A stretch of DNA of 63,329 nt, the filler included, from Basidiobolus ranarum (Eukaryota), in NCBI GenBank assembly GCA_040143965.1. It is 52 parts of 52 records of this genome, joined end to end, with 100 filler letters (N's around TTAATTAATTAA, not from the genome) between each part and the next. Parts side by side here need not be neighbours in the genome. Positions count along the whole stretch, not along the records: positions 62,216 to 63,329 come from JASJQH010006366.1; 51 more parts are not named here. One strand, 5' to 3'. Positions 62,116 to 63,329 of this stretch are shown here, one piece after another. The position numbers were made by a program, and so were the translations under genes. Each line of letters begins with the position of its first letter. Position 1 is the stretch's first letter. The notes beneath the pieces were generated by a model. It was not told the origin of the DNA and made no database searches. It saw only the letters and a program-made list of their open reading frames with translations.

Positions 62116-62215
62116 NNNNNNNNNNNNNNNNNNNNNNNNNNNNNNNNNNNNNNNNNNNNTTAATTAATTAANNNNNNNNNNNNNNNNNNNNNNNNNNNNN
62201 NNNNNNNNNNNNNNN

Positions 62216-63329
62216 CAAATGGTGTCAAGAAACTTGCCCAACAACCGGAATCAGTGAATTATGAAGTACCTGAAATGGATATAATTCTTACCATAATCAA
62301 TGGTCTCCCTGAATCATATTCAGCCCTTATTGGGAAAATATGGGCTGTTTAGAGGAACTTTAGAAAAGTGGAGTTGTGAATAGCTTTTGTTAGATTATTG
62401 TTTATTGTCCAGAAATAAAGCATTTATACATTTTGGTGGTAATACAGAAAGATAACACTGGGGTTGTGTTCAGAAGTTAGAAGTGGTTTGGAGAATTAGA
62501 GGAATTGGTGGTTTTCACTTATTGATTTATTGAGTAGAAAGTTGACATTTATAGTTTTGTCAAGATGTAAACAAACTAACATGTCAAATGTGTTAAGAAA
62601 GGTCCCAGGAACATGTGTGCAAAGATTGGGGCTTCTAGCACAAGTTTGAAAAATCTATATAACTGAGAACTTCTAAGTTGGTAAAAATATTCTAAGTAAA
62701 TTCCAATTGAGAATAATTGATAATATCTTAGTGGATTATAAGATAACTAAGTATCAAGCTATATATGACTATATAGGTGTATAGGCAATGCTAATTTCAA
62801 CACTCTCCCTCAACTAAATAGTCATAGAAACTAATCCTAATAAAGGTCTGAATTTCTTCAATTTCTGTCTAGCTAATGGCTTAGTTAATATATCAGCAAT
62901 CATATCTTCTGTAGAACACTAAGTTAAGTCAATAAACTTATTCTCTATAGTCTCTCTAATGAAGTGATGCTTAATATCTATAGGTTTGCTTCTATTATGA
63001 ATGAGGGATTTTTAGCTGATTTGATACAACTTTGATTATCTTGAAATATTGTAGTTGGTGAATTTTGAGAATAACCCAAATCTGTTAAAAGTTTTCTTTC
63101 CCATATTGCTTCTTTTGTTGCTTCACAGGCAGCCATGTATTCAGCTTCTGTTGTTGAAAGTGCTATGGTAGGTTATTTCTTTGAATTCCAAGAAATAGCC
63201 CCATTACAGCAAAGAAACAAGTATCCTGTTGTAGATCTCCTGTCATCGATATCTCTTCCCCAATTTGCATCTGAATATCCCATCAGATCATAATTTGATC
63301 CAGAATATGTGAATTTTAAGCATAGATCC
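62216..63329. mobile_element. Copia gag (+), fragment of the 51296 LTR, L1 LTR (to 62802), PPT and copia RNase H (-)
   Basis: Blocks match 24680-24780, 51525-51670 and 31798-32386. Confidence 0.88.

Noticed and set aside
1127-62215. Regularly spaced identical TTAATTAATTAA motif resembling a CRISPR-like or periodic array
   Set aside because: It is embedded in N runs of fixed length between length-sorted contigs, so it is an artificial six-frame-stop linker.
1-63329. Gene-neighbourhood or operon-style system spanning several segments; prokaryotic or phage origin
   Set aside because: Segments are unlinked contigs. Spliceosomal introns and eukaryotic transposons dominate.

Overview
This is not contiguous DNA. 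It is 52 unrelated ~1.1-kb contigs, sorted by length (1126 down to 1114 bp) and joined by an artificial 100-bp spacer (N44-TTAATTAATTAA-N44), so nothing can be inferred across spacers. The source is a eukaryote, most likely an early-diverging fungus (inferred from short GT-AG introns, many with CTAAC/CTGAC-type branch sites, fungal-type RasGAP, EFR3 and Hsp31 fragments, and fungal-type Ty3 elements). About 45 contigs are decayed, nested, CpG-depleted transposons: (i) an abundant CMC/CACTA-type DNA transposon with CCCTAACA termini and two head-to-head genes; (ii) several Ty1/copia families primed by half initiator-tRNA; (iii) Ty3/gypsy and chromovirus fragments; (iv) at least seven LTR families; (v) PIF/Harbinger-like remnants and MITEs. 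The remaining contigs carry host-gene fragments. The most interesting items are a 282-bp LTR-like unit with a complete tRNA-like Pol III cassette, a ~1-kb LTR with long phased heat-shock-element arrays, and a bacterial-type CHAP peptidoglycan-hydrolase domain in eukaryote-like flanking DNA. All calls come from manual reading; no searches were run.
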